Notes: a model not told the origin generated them from the sequence alone. A DNA stretch of 64,000 nucleotides from Octopus vulgaris (GCA_951406725.2 OX597814.1:27156001-27220000), one strand, 5' to 3'. Shown: positions 48,950-62,165, counted from the first letter of the stretch. Translations and numbers: made by a program.

Positions 48950-51900
48950 AAACAGTGAGCTTGGCAGAATTGTTAGCATGCCAGGCAAAATGCTTAGCAG
49001 TGTTCTGAGTTCAAATTCCACCTTTCATCCTTTCAGGGTCAATAAAATAAGCACCAGCTGAGCTCTGGGGTCAATGTAAATGACTAGCCCCCTCCCCTAC
49101 AATTTCAGGCCTTGTGCTATAGCGGAAAGGATTATCATTATTATCAGCAGCAGCCAACATAATGAAAGGAAGGACCATTAGAACATCAGACCTTATGGCA
49201 TTCAGTGTAGGCTCTAAAAAGAATCCTGCTGGGGTTGACTTCAACTTTCATCCCTATGGGAAGAGATAAGGCAAGTTCCAGTTAGAACTACTACCTTTCA
49301 CCTATACATTTCAGACTTTGTGCTCAATTTAAGTGATATGAAATCAACACAAGTGAAGGAAAGATGGGATGGTCATGCTTGGAATGGCTCTTGTCATAAG
49401 TGTTTTTAACCAGGGTCAACCTAGGAGAAACACTACAGCAACAACCACTCTACATCATTTGTCACAAAGGGATAACATTGAGCAGATGTTAAAAAATGTT
49501 TTAGCAGTTTAAAACTAGAAACACAAGTGGTCTTATCTACTACCCCTAATACCAAAACAGCTTTTTATTATCACTAAGCTGTTAAATATGCTTCCTTTGC
49601 AAATATCTCTATAGCTTTTGGTCAAGTAAGATTATTTGGTACATTTTGGCAGATAATTGTTGGGGGGGGGTAATGCTAAAATGTACTCCCTGCCACCAAC
49701 CACTCAACAAGAATGATATTTTTTCTCTAGTTAAGAACTAAAACTTGTAATACACATATAAGAAGTTTGATAATATCTATACTGACCTGACAGGGGAATA
49801 TTACTCCAAAACATTAAACACTTAGCAACTAAGTTTCTATAGAGATTTTTTAAGTACCCAAATTACACTTAATCTTGAAATAAATATGCTAGGATCACTA
49901 ATCAAAACTGAAAAATTTGTACCAAAATAACAGACTTACTGCTCATGGCATGACACACAAATAAATATACCTTTTAACTTTTTAGCTTCACCACTGCTGC
50001 TGTTACTGTTGTTGTTGCTGGCAGTGTGTTTGCGATTGCGCACGTGAAAGCTTAGCTTTATTAGTGAATCAAAGAACCTGGATCCTATGGCTTATTGCAA
50101 ACACCTATATTTACAAAATTAGACACAGAGGGAAAGGCAAACTGACACATGGTTTTGTGAGTCCAGGAACATAGGTGGCTGGTTCTAGTCTAGGATTTTA
50201 TACCATTCATTTTAATACATAAAAGACAGTCATTTTAAAACACACTGCAGTGGTTATCATTTCATCACAAATGTGAGTACCAGGTAAGAATTCATGCCTT
50301 TATTGACTAGAGTTCCACATCTGAGCTAGCCAGAGAAATTAGTGACAGAAATACATGAAGCAAAGTAATCCAGATGTAAGGTTCTTTGATACCTGGGACT
50401 ACATACACGCAATACTGGAGGTATCAATGGAAGTACTGTTCCTAACCCAAAAGAACAAGAAAACCTCTAAACCATCATCCATATAAAAGGAACTGAAATT
50501 TCTTGAAGACTTCCAATAGAATTAAAGAAGGCATTTTGTTACTAAGTCTTCTGATATTTTAGCCATAAAATCATCCTCATCATCCATCAGTCTTGATATT
50601 GCTGCACCTCTTATATACCCAAAGCTTGCACTGAGTACGTCTTATGGAGTTTCTATCTAGGCCTTTTTCTACAGATCGAGCAGGGCCATCTACTCAAAGG
50701 GATTTGTGATTTGTCTGCTTTCCTTCTTACTAAACATTGCATACATAGTTGAAGAATTTCAATCATGAAAATTTCCAGATGACACAAAAACACCCAAAAT
50801 ACTTCAAGAACTCATGGTATCATTTTAAAAATAACTTCTACACCAGGATGCTCTATGCCAACCACTTCACAGCATGCACTGGATGCTTTTTTCATGCCAC
50901 TAGCACTAGTGAGGGTGCCATGCAACTTGGAAGTGGGAGCTTTATGCTAAGAGCTAAGAAGCAGGATTAAAGTATGAAAGACAGAGGTAGAGCAGGTTTT
51001 TTGTTGTAGAGGAGATTACATGACTATTTAAATTCTGTTTACTGAATTATAATAAATTGTGATGGCTTCCTGTTGTAAAAGCAAAGTCATCTGATGAGAA
51101 AGTATCATACTTGTGTGGGCAATGTCTAAAACAGAAAAACTTTGTTGGTAACACAACAATTTTGTATTGGATTATACAAAAAAATTAATAGGCGCAGGAG
51201 TGGCTGTGTGGTAAGTAGCTTGCTTACCAACCACATGGTTCCGGGTTCATTCCCACTGCATGGCACTTTGGGCAAGTGTCTTCTACTATAGCCTCGGGCT
51301 GACCAAAGCCTTGTGAGTGGATTTGGTAGGCGGAAACTGAAAGAAGCTAACGTTTCTGCCGGCTTGCTGCCTTACTATGTAAATCCATGGTTCCATTACC
51401 AAGTTAAGATCGTATATTTTGGTAGAGTGGTACATAAAATAGACAGAAATAATGACTTATATACATTTATTTATTTATTTATTATAGACTGCAGCTGTTT
51501 CAGATAACCATTTGGGTGCGTTCCTGGGATAATTGCAGTATAATCCGTAGAATCCGTGGTCATCAGGTTGATCGTCATGGATTCATTTCTTCAGGCAATA
51601 TAGCATTAATGACTATTTAACAGAGGGATGTTTATCCCTTCTGACCAGCGCGAAGGTTGATTGACTGCGGCCAACATAATAAATAGGGGCTTTATTTGCA
51701 CAATCAAAACATTTCCCATAAATTTAAAACACACACACTATAAGTACGTTTGTGTATGCATATATCCTTTAAGCTATATTACACAATATTGAAAGATATA
51801 ATGAAAACAAAAGGAACATTTTCAATTACTACAAAACACTTGAAAATGTGAATTTTTTTTTTTCTAATAAAAATCTCTGGAACAACTGGCTATACATAAT

Positions 51901-53519
51901 ACAAACTCCTACAGTCAAATATAAAGTGCCAGGCTTTTGAAATGAAATAGAGAGACCAGATTAGTTTCCAAATGCTATCTAAAAGAACATCTGCAAAACA
52001 GAACAAAAGGAACATTACTGTTCACAGCTTTCTATTTCCTGCAGAAATAGATTATCACTTGCCAGATCTGTATAAATAAATCCAACTAACATGTCCTTTC
52101 ATTTTCTATGTTTCAAAAATAATCAAAAGAACTGATGCAAACAAGGGCAAATCTGTCTGGGTGAATTTGTTTTAAGAGATCTTAATCTAATAAGTGAGAA
52201 TTCATCAGGAAAAAAAAAAAGAAGAAGAAACAAATAAATATAGATGAAACGCTTGATGTTTTATGAGCTGCCATGTAATAAATAGAAAACCTTGGGAGAA
52301 AAAATTTTAGATGTTGTAGTAATAAACCAATAGTATCACAGGAAAACAAAATAAAAGAACTGATAATAATAATGTTCTCCACCAAAATATCACTATTATA
52401 CTTTTTTAAATATATATTTTCAAATACATATCTAGGGTGATACCAAGTAAAAAGAGGAGGAAAATAGCAATAAAAAAATAAAATAAAAACAACAAACAGG
52501 TTTTCAAGGTCAATGCATTATGCAGTGGAAAAAGAGAACTTGACATTTTGGGCAGTTGTCCATTTGTCAAGATAAGAAAAAGGTGCATAAAAGAACAAAA
52601 CTGCCTTTATGACAGAGAAAATGCTAACTGGTATTGTTAAGAATGTGACCAGAACTTTCAGAATACACCCATTTTAGAATTTAGCTAAATGGTTATAATA
52701 TTAAGACAAAATCTTGTGACAAATGTAGAAATTTTAATATGAAAGCGAGTCATTATCTTCAATGCAATTGTATTTAGTTTTATTTTTCTATTATTGTGGA
52801 AATTAGTTTTATGTGCCTTGCTACATGTGGTCACTCTCTAGTCACTACAGCCAATCTTGAACTTGAAATGTTAAATTGTCATCTCATTTTGGTTTGCAAG
52901 ATTCTTGATATGAACTCATTTGTTGGAATGATCATTATGCCAATAATAAACACACACACATTCTAGTTTTATTTCACTTCTGTTATTATTATTATTAAAC
53001 TAGTTAACAGACATGAAGCAGGCCTGGAGTAGAGATGGCATATTATTGATGGGACAGAGAATTGTGATGAAAGGACTGACAAACCTGATTTGATTGACCA
53101 AACAATTAATCAAACAATCAATTAGTTAATGGTTAACATGTATTTATCATTGACATAATGACGCTCCTGAGATACAACAAAATAAGATGTCATTTGTTCC
53201 AAATCATTAATTATCTGCAGCATTTTTTTTTTTTTTTTTTTTTTTGGCAATTGGTAATTAGCTGCAAGAGCATCTCTCACCTATCACAGGTGAAAGTGCA
53301 AACTTAAATTAAGTTTTTGTTATGTAAATCATAGCCACTTCTCTTTCTCTTTACTGCAAAGAAAAACCGTGTTCAGTAATCCATTTTCTACAGGCAGAAT
53401 ATAAATCAGGGGACAAAATCCACCATTGACTTTAAGAACAGTATCTTATTGCTATAGACTGTCTATGAATAGATTTAAAAAATTCAGAAATGTTCACATA
53501 AGTGCCACACATCAAGAAA

Positions 53520-53807
53520 GAGTTAGACAGCAGAACAGGTCATATAGTGAGGATAACAACGACTGAATGAGTTTGTGACATAATCCTGCTAAACAAACAG
53601 GTGACTATTGATGAAGTAACAAATAATATGGAAATTAGCAATGGCTCTCCTTATAAAGTTATCTGCAAAAGACATGCCTTTGATGATGAAATATGTACAA
53701 TATAGGTCTCAAAACAGCTACCAAAATTCCTCAAACAAAATCATTTTGAAATCTACCTACAACTTCTGGAATGCTCTGGCAACATTTTTCAGGAAACAAT
53801 TTTAACT
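53520..53807 (+). pseudogene. mariner-like transposase relic
   Basis: ILLNKQVTIDEVTNNMEISNGSPYKVI...ICTI*VSKQL matches the mariner HTH and WVP-x-x-L region, with an in-frame stop. Confidence 0.7.
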
Positions 53808-53963
53808 ACATTATTTACATTTGATGGATATTTGTCCTCATCTTCATCAGGCTGGAAGGTATATCAGCAGAAACACTGTGTTAACAACAAACAAGATGAG
53901 GACAAATATCCGTCAAATGTAAATAATGTACATAATTCCTCACCTCTTAAATATAGAACTGTA
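53808..53963. mobile_element. Penelope-like fold-back insertion
   Basis: 38-bp inverted arms tacattatttacatttga(t/c)ggatatttgtcctcatctt; flanking duplication caat(t/c)ttaacta. Confidence 0.55.
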
Positions 53964-54330
53964 CAATCTTAACTAGTTCTGATTTTTATAAGTGCATTAT
54001 AATAACCTTTTCATGGTATTAAAATATAAATCCCTGCTGGATACTTTCCAACACCTAGAAGTAAATTTAGTTATAGCAATTCTGTCAACTCACCACCTTC
54101 AAAATAATAATATTGACTTCTGAGAAGGCAATTGTCTTTCTTGCAATAAGGGTTGAATAACAAATGAACCAGTTGCAATGATTCTGGCAGTTGTAATTAA
54201 CTTTAGACTTTGAACTTTATTTAATTCATCCAGTTCATAATAGCAATTGTCTTGCATATCAAAAATTTAAAATATTTTTAAAAATAAAAAAACTTCAGCC
54301 AGGGTAGGGACAATTCTGATGATGCATTAA

Positions 54331-54550
54331 CCCTTTAGTGTTCAGATTACTCTGTTAAATGTAATACTTTTTCACTCAAATTGCTTTGAATTAATCATGC
54401 ATTATCTTATAGCTTTGAGGTTTCAATGATGTGATTGTATATTTTTTGAATGTCAATGTAGGTTAGGTTTGAGGGGCTAGATATTCCCAGTTTGATTATA
54501 AAACATATAGAATATTTGGGCCAGATATGGCCGGTTTAAACACTAAAGGG
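54331..54550. mobile_element. piggyBac-like MITE
   Basis: TTAA|ccctttagtgtt...aacactaaaggg|TTAA. Confidence 0.8.
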
Positions 54551-55654
54551 TTAAACTAGTTTCCACTTAAGTGCTTGCCACTGTAGTTGGTGGAGACATA
54601 ACAATCTTAAATATTCCTACTACAGTTCAACTAAGTACATGAATACTGCACTCAAAGGGGATTTGATAAATGTGTAATGTTAACTTACATGAAACGGTAC
54701 AGCCGAAATGAACTCAGACAGTGACTGAGACTTAGAAGTGTCAGTCAATATGTGTTTATTGTATATGAAATAGTTACAAAGTTTAGAATAGCAATATATA
54801 TTGTGTATATTGTAGTTTTATACTGTGTTGAATAACAACAGTTTTAGATGTGCCTTAAATGATTCAAAAATAACAAATAAAACTACATAGCACAGTGACT
54901 GTATGAGAAAGACTGGGTCAATATTGGTGCACTGTATTGCCCTAGTCAAAGTAATGGTTAAGGTTCAGTTAGCATAAACCTACACTTTTATCCGAGTTTC
55001 AATCCTCAATTTTGTTTATTCTTTGAAAGTTAGACCAGAAGCCATTGTTCATAAATATATTAAAGAAAAATAAGAATCAAATAATAACCCCCACTCTGTC
55101 TCCTCAACACTTACTGCATTGGTTACTGTTCTACTGAATTGCAACCTCTATCAGACCTTCATACAAAACACTTAGTACACTCACTCGGTTCTATTCTATT
55201 GGGTGTTACGTTTTCAACATTCTCTTTGCTTCACCCAATCCTTTCTCACCGAAACTGCAACCTTATTTAATTCTTTCTTGCTCCTGTTTTCCATACAGCA
55301 GAAGTTCAAGACAAGTACCAACCACATCGTCTTCATGGCATGTGTGGAAGAACATGGAAGGGCTACAAAAATTCTTTCACCTCAGACTAAACAAAAAGAA
55401 AAAAATAAGCTAGAAGTCATCAATAGTAGAACAGGTAGAATGACAAGCCATTGCTTTATGGTCTGAAGTGAAATTCTGCTATGTGGACTTTGTCTCCCTT
55501 CCTTCCAGGATCAATAACAATCAAACATTCAAAAAATCAAATATTCAAAAAATTTACTCAATTGTAGCCCTCAGCAAAGATCTGAGTTTCAGTGCATAAA
55601 TGCAAGAAATTGTGTGGCAGAATCAACACAGTAGTAAAGTAAATGATTTGTTCT

Positions 55655-55914
55655 CGCCTGGCCCCTGTGCCGGGGGCACGTAAAAGCACCATCTGTTCGT
55701 GGCCGTTTGCCAGCTCTGTCTGGCACCTGTGCGGGTGGCACGTAAAAAGCACCCACTACACTCACGGAGTGGTTGGCGTTAGGAAGGGCATCCAGCCGTA
55801 GAAACACTGCCAGATCTGACTGGGCCTGATGAAGCCTTCCGGCTTCACAGACCCCAGTTGAACCGTCCAACCCATGCTAGCATGGAAAACGGACGCTAAA
55901 TGATGATGATGATG
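55655..55914 (+). mobile_element. RTE-like 3' end
   Basis: Two internal units, family body and (GAT)n tail. Confidence 0.8.
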
Positions 55915-56623
55915 AATAATAGACACCATTACATTCCAAATTCAACAACACACCAAGAATGTCGTCTTTGCCTTTCACTCTTCCAGAGACAATAAAATAT
56001 ATACCAGTCAAATAATGGTATCAATTTAAATGCTTGTATCCTTCCCTTAAAATTCAAGGCCTTGTGCTCTTATTAGAAATCATTTAGATATTTGTGTTCC
56101 CCACACGATACATTTTACAAGCTAAAAGGTGATGATGATGATGGCGACAGTGGTGATACTGCACACTGACGCCAGCAACAACGATGATGACAATAGAGAA
56201 TGATGACTATGACAAACTACAAGTTTTATTGCTGACTGCTGTTAAGGATAATAAATGTTAACATTCTATCAAGGCAAAAAGCACCCATCCAGTCAGTCAG
56301 TCAGTCAGTCACACACACACAAACACAAATAATCAAACCTAAATCAAGCAACAACAAAAAAATCTCCTCAAAGATCTCAAGCAAAATCTAACAAGTCAGT
56401 GGAGTATTTGCAACTTTATTTCCCCAGTACAATAAGTGACTGACAGAAAACATTACCACTCAGTCAGGTGCAGAGATTGTCCTATGACAAACAAACAGGC
56501 AGAGGAAATCTCTTCCTGGTAAACTGTACCAAATAACCTGAACAGGGTCAGGCAGGTTTATTTTTAAACCCAGTTCAAAAATTAAATATACCTCCCCTAC
56601 AGCCAGATTGAATGAATGAATGA

Positions 56624-56673
<50 letters not shown>

Positions 56674-57544
56674 GGTAAATACTCATATCCCCATCCTTTT
56701 CCCCACCACCACCCTCTGATTCCAAAGAAAGGGGGAGGTTACAGAGGTCTTTTGTTTATTTTGTTTGTTTTTTTTGGTTTTGTTGTTACTCTTTTATTCC
56801 TTTCTATTCCATTATATGTTTATTTTTATTTTTGTCATCAAACCAACAATTTGCAGTTTTTAAATGTGTGAATAATTCTGCTGATACAAAATAATTCTAA
56901 ATAACCACATGATCAAGGAAAATTTGGAACAAATTACATTAATTAGATACAAATTGATGTTGCATACTAATTAATGCTGTTGCATACTAACAGAATGCTA
57001 CTGTATACTAGTTTAGTGCCTGCTGTTTCAATAAAGCATTTTGTCATTTTGTTGCATCTTATAATTTCTTTAAGTCGCCATCACAGCATTAGATGAGGGA
57101 GATATTTACAAGGACAGACTACAATTAGTGGGGGGTTACATAAAAGATGAGGGAAGAAAAGGAAAGAAGTGGAGAAATGAGATAAAGGTATACATAATGT
57201 ACAAAATATATATGAACACATTTATTTATAATGCAGTCCTACTGATATAGAAGAGCCTCCAACTAGAGTCAATCAAGGAACCCTACAGATCTGAGACCAC
57301 CCTAAGTATGAAGGCCTCACCTAACAGTTGTTCTCCAATCTGTGGGTGCAAGCTTAGAGTAGGTCCTTTCATTCTAACCATTTTTGCCAGAGTTACTTTT
57401 TTAAAAATTCACAAAGATGACAGAGAACTGAGATATGTGGCACGCTGCTGTACTCAAGAAGATCCACCCACAACAGAACTGAGATCCTAAAACCAAGGTA
57501 CCATGTGAAAAACATTGGTTTGGATGATGGCAGCACATAAAAAG

Positions 57545-57660
57545 CAGGTATTTCTCCTGCAGCCGCCTTACCAGAAATATAGCATCAGTGGTGTTTCTAA
57601 CAGGCACAAACTCAAACTGCATCTCATCAAAAATGACTCTCTCCATGACTTTCATTACCC
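57545..57660 (-). pseudogene. RTE-like reverse transcriptase fragment
   Basis: MKVMERVIFDEMQFEFVPVRNTTDAIFLVRRLQEKYL matches the non-LTR RT motif QFGF-x-PGRST-x-DAIF. Confidence 0.8.
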
Positions 57661-58146
57661 GCACCCACACGTACGTGTGTGTGTGTGTGTGTGTGGTGTG
57701 TGGTGTGTGTGTGTGTGTGATAATCAAAATCTTGTCTTTAAAGGATTTCCAATCATGACCATTCCTCTTTTTTCTCCAGGCCAAGTGTACCCTGCACAAA
57801 AAGTATCCTTTTTTAAAAGGCAGTAAGGAGCAAGTGATGCAAGAGATTTGGCTGATATTTTAAGCAGATTACACAACTGCATAGAGGCTTCTCCTCTCTG
57901 GCTTGCAGAAAGGCATGTAAGTGAACAGATTCAGGTGAAGAAGATTATAGGGACAAAGAATTGTCCCTTGATAAGTGTTTAAAATCAGCTGAACAATTTA
58001 AGAAGATATAAAGTGTCAACAGGAGAAGGGTAGTGGGTGTAATATAAATCAACAAATGCTGAAGTGAAGATATACATTTAGTAAAAGAGACAAACAGCAA
58101 ATAGCCAGTGTCATTCGAGCATCAGGTGAAACAATATATATATATA

Positions 58147-58277
58147 CAGTAGTACCTCGGTTTTTGAAAACCACTGTTCACGAATAAATCATACTTTATA
58201 CACACACACACCCACTTATATATAAAGCATGATTTATTCATGATCATAGGCATTCATAAACCAAGGTACTACTACTG
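58147..58277. mobile_element. Tc1/pogo-type MITE
   Basis: TA|cagtagtacctcggttt...aaaccaaggtactactactg|TA. Confidence 0.7.
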
Positions 58278-59085
58278 TATTCCGGTTTCTTCTGTTCAGA
58301 GTATACATCCCACTAGAGTCAGCTCTGCTTTCCATCCTTCTGGGGTGGATGAATAAAACACCAGTCTACAACAGTAGACAAGTGGAATCATTAAAGTGTT
58401 GAACAGAATACCTTGTAGTATTTGCTCCAGAATACTGCATTCTGAATTCAAATCCCACAGTGGCCTGCTATGATGCTGGACTTAATCTAGTTAGTTTAAC
58501 ATCACCACTTGGTGTATTTTTAGTGGAATCCACTTTGTAACAAGCAATCAGGCTCACACCTTCCTTCCCATCCATCTTGGATGGTCCTGTCAACAATGCT
58601 GTCTTAATTCTTGAGCATACTGAGTAGTTACCCAAGGGCTTCATATACCAAGAGAAACCATGTTAATCTATGTACACTTTGGTTTGCTGTCAATAAATCA
58701 ATATAGAGGGGCGGGCTCCCAATACATTATTTTACCTAGAGGGTGGTTATGCTAAAAAAATGCCTTGTCTGCAAAGAATCATGAGACACCAACTTTCTTC
58801 TTAACTAAGTAAAGATGGCCATTAACTGGCAAAGTCTTTCACTCTCAGATGTGAGCATCTCACAACATAATGTTCACATCTTCAGAGACATTCTAGCCAA
58901 ATGGTGCTAACATAGTACAGAATAGCTAAGATAGAATTACTCAGAGATAACTGACACTGTCAACAGGCTTGGTTGCCAAATATAGAATACATTTCACCAA
59001 GTTAAAAGATGTTGTATGCTTTGTTTGAAATAATCTACAGTGACAATGATTGGGATGACAGGAACATTTATCAATGTTGTATAGT

Positions 59086-59350
59086 GATCACGTGATCAAC
59101 CAGGCTATCAAATGCTGTAATACATCACTGGTCACAATGCACTTTTGCACTGATTTAGCCTTCAAATGACACCAGGCTGCTGGCTAGGCAAGCAGGCCAG
59201 CATTCCTCCCTGATCAGAAAGAAGACTGGAGCAATGTGAAATGATGTGTTTTGCTCAAGAGCACAACATACCAAATGATCAGGGAATTGAACTCACGATC
59301 TGGTGATCATGAGTGCAACAGCCTAACCACAGGGCCACACACCTTCACAT
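59086..59350 (-). mobile_element. tRNA-derived SINE (head H2, tail T2)
   Basis: 12-bp target-site duplication atgttgtatagt; tail ..gatcacgtgatc shared with the 34844 element. Confidence 0.75.
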
Positions 59351-60233
59351 ATGTTGTATAGTACCCTAACTAAAAGGATTAAGAACTAATTGTATTCCCA
59401 CCACTGACAATTGGAAAGAACCACAAGAAAACAAAGTTAGTCTATCAATAAATTATATGGGTAATATACACTGAGCAAAATGTCAGTCAAACGGAGGTTT
59501 TTATAAAAGAGACTTTCTTCACATATATGCTTCATATAATTCTTTAACTCTTTTGTTACCAATATGCCAGAGTTCTAGTTTTATATTACAAAACCACTGG
59601 TTTTAAAATGTTTATATTTTAAATTAAAATTTCCTACTATAATCCTATGCGAAAGCTCTTTTGCTAAGTTCTGTTCCAAACACAAATTTAATAATGAAGA
59701 TGCTAGCTGTTTTATTAAATCCTTCCAAATTTTTTATTCTTTCAAAATTAATTTCACAAGAAATAATAATTGCAGTTAGCGCTGTCTTCCATAAAACTGT
59801 CAGCCTGAATGAAACCTAACAAAACAAAATAAAATAAATAAAATTTGATTATGGCATATCATAAAAGCCTTTAACAACACATTCCATTAGCCAGTACTCA
59901 CTGATATTGATATCTATGGAGAAAACACAGAGTTATCATTGTCAGCAAGTTTGTCAAGTACTGCTGTGTGATGTAAAGAGAAGAGCATTGACTTTTCTGT
60001 CTACTTGCTCTAAGTCACTCACAAGCAATGTTAGTAATTTATTTATACACACACAAAATAGATCTGTATTCCTTCAAGTGGAAATAATCCCTTAGTAACA
60101 AAACGAAAAAGATAAATATAGGAAAAGCAAACTTTAACTTGACTGGTCTAACTTTTTATATTACTATCAAGTCAATATCACTTTCCCATTATTTATTACA
60201 TAGTGTGTGTATATGTCTATCTATATATATATA

Positions 60234-60514
60234 TCATCATCATCATCATCGTTTAACGTCCGTTCTCCATGCTAGCATGGGTTGGACGGTTCGACCGGGG
60301 ATCTGGGAAGCCAGAAGGCTGCACCAGGCTCCAGTCTTATCTGGCAATGTTTCTACAGCTGGATGCCCTTCCTAACGCCAACCACTCCGTGAGTGTAGTG
60401 GGTGCTTTTTACGTGCCACCCGCACAGGTGCCAGGCGAGGCTGGCAACGGCCATAGTTGGATTGGTGCATTTTACGTGCCACCGGCACGGGAGCCAGTCG
60501 AGGCGGCACTGGCA
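60234..60514 (-). mobile_element. RTE-like 3' end
   Basis: (CAT)n tail, family body and two internal units. Further short copies lie near 16535-16695, 28600-28760 and 41272-41520. Confidence 0.8.
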
Positions 60515-60698
60515 TATATAAATATATATATATATGCACATATACACAAATATGCGCTTATGAAATCACATACAGTGTCTAATAAACATACATTCAGTTT
60601 GCATATGAAAATGTATTGTAAGCAGGCTACAATCTTCAGTAGCTAAGCATAAGTGAGCAACTGACACTTATTTTGTAAGATTCACCGGAATCACTCAC

Positions 60699-60818
60699 CT
60701 CCATTTCCAGTCACCTAAGTTGCTAAGAGAAAATCTTAGCAAAAATGTAAACAAACTGTTTAAGGTGTAATGTGGTTTACTACGCCAAGTCCAATGATTG
60801 GGGTTGATTAACCCCAAT
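60699..60818 (-). promoter_or_regulatory. Candidate alternative first exon and promoter (gaaATGGAG|gtgagt with nearby CCAAT boxes)
   Basis: Strong-context ATG at 60702-60704, consensus phase-0 donor compatible with the 46569 acceptor, and CCAAT/ATTGG motifs at 60791-60801 and 60814-60818. Confidence 0.3.
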
Positions 60819-61380
60819 ACCAACACAGCTTTAATAATTCATGGGGTACATGCAAAGAACAGCAAGTATCCAAACAATAATACATCTATTCATTCTCAAT
60901 ACATTCTGGCATGTGTTACAGGGATGTCCATAAAACACACCAACACCAACTGTTAAGCAGCAGTGGGGGACAAACACAGACATGAAGACACACACATATA
61001 TGATGGGCTTCTTTCAGTTTCCATCTACCAAATTCACTCACAAGGCCTGGGTCAGCCTGAGGCTATAGTAGAAGACACTTGCTCAGTTCCACTCAGTGGG
61101 ACTGAACTCGGGAGGATGTGATTGGGAAGCTAGTTCCTAACCACACAGCCACACTTGCGCCTGTACATTTATCTAAAACAAGGTTGTGTTGGTATTTATT
61201 TTTAATAAAACTTGTTCATGAAACTTGTGCATGTAAATGACATTACATCACTAATGATTTATTGATATTTTTCACAAAGAAATTTACTCTTCATTAACTT
61301 AGGTAGCGAGTAGTTGAAGTAAGCAGACTACAGTGAGTCTTAGTTGGCTGATCTCTCACACTACCAAAGATTCTGTAATC

Positions 61381-61668
61381 CAGTGGTTCTCAATCAGGGT
61401 CTGTATAAGATTTTATAAGCAAAATAGTAAATTGGATCCGTGAAAATTTTTTACTTTAGATGTGTGTATTGCAAGGAATAGATAGGTTTCTTTCTTTGAC
61501 ATTTTACACAGCTCAGCCTACACAAGTGAATGTGTGATAAACAAATTAGGAACTTTAAAAGAAATATCTATAAACTAGCTTTTAAACATTGAAAATGTTA
61601 TGGGGGGTCAACCAACATAAAATAGAAATCAAAAGAATCGGTAGAGTAGAGATGGTTGAGAACCACTG
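61381..61668. mobile_element. hAT (Charlie-like) MITE
   Basis: TIRs cagtggttctcaa/ttgagaaccactg; 8-bp TSD ctgtaatc/ctgtaacc. Confidence 0.85.
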
Positions 61669-61904
61669 CTGTAACCATTTCATATTCTTTTATTTTTTTT
61701 ACTTGTTTCAGTCATTTGACTGCAGCCATGCTGGAGCACTGCATGGAAGTGTTTTTGGTTGAATAGTTCCACCCCAGGACTTATTTTTAAGCCTAGTACT
61801 TATTCTATCATTCTCTTTGCCAAACTGCTAAGTTACAGGGACATAAATACACCAACACCATTGTCCAGCGATAATGGGGGAATAAAAACAGACACGAACA
61901 CATG

Positions 61905-61938
<34 letters not shown>

Positions 61939-61941
<3 letters not shown>

Positions 61942-62125
61942 GCCATGATAGATCGTTAGCCACTACACACATTTTTTTCTCTCCTTGTTTTTTCTGTGTC
62001 CCTTTCTGCAGAAGAGCGTAGGCTCGAAACGTAAAAGACTTTTTCTATTCCTGAGCGTTATACTAATACATCTGCTTGTTTTGTACACCACCTGTTTCCG
62101 TCTTTTGTTTTTTTTTGTAAACTCT

Positions 62126-62130
<5 letters not shown>
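61939..62130 (+). mobile_element. Penelope-like non-autonomous element with a minimal hammerhead-like motif, inserted in (TA)n
   Basis: cttt-CTGCAGA-a-gagc-gtag-gctc-GAAACGTA-aaag at 62002-62037. Confidence 0.6.

Positions 62131-62165
<35 letters not shown>

Noticed and set aside
49930-54760. Other gtaagt donors (near 49938 and 54688) as the first coding exon
   Set aside because: The first gives ATG AGC A in the wrong phase or an in-frame stop; the second has no nearby upstream ATG. Non-coding exons cannot be excluded.
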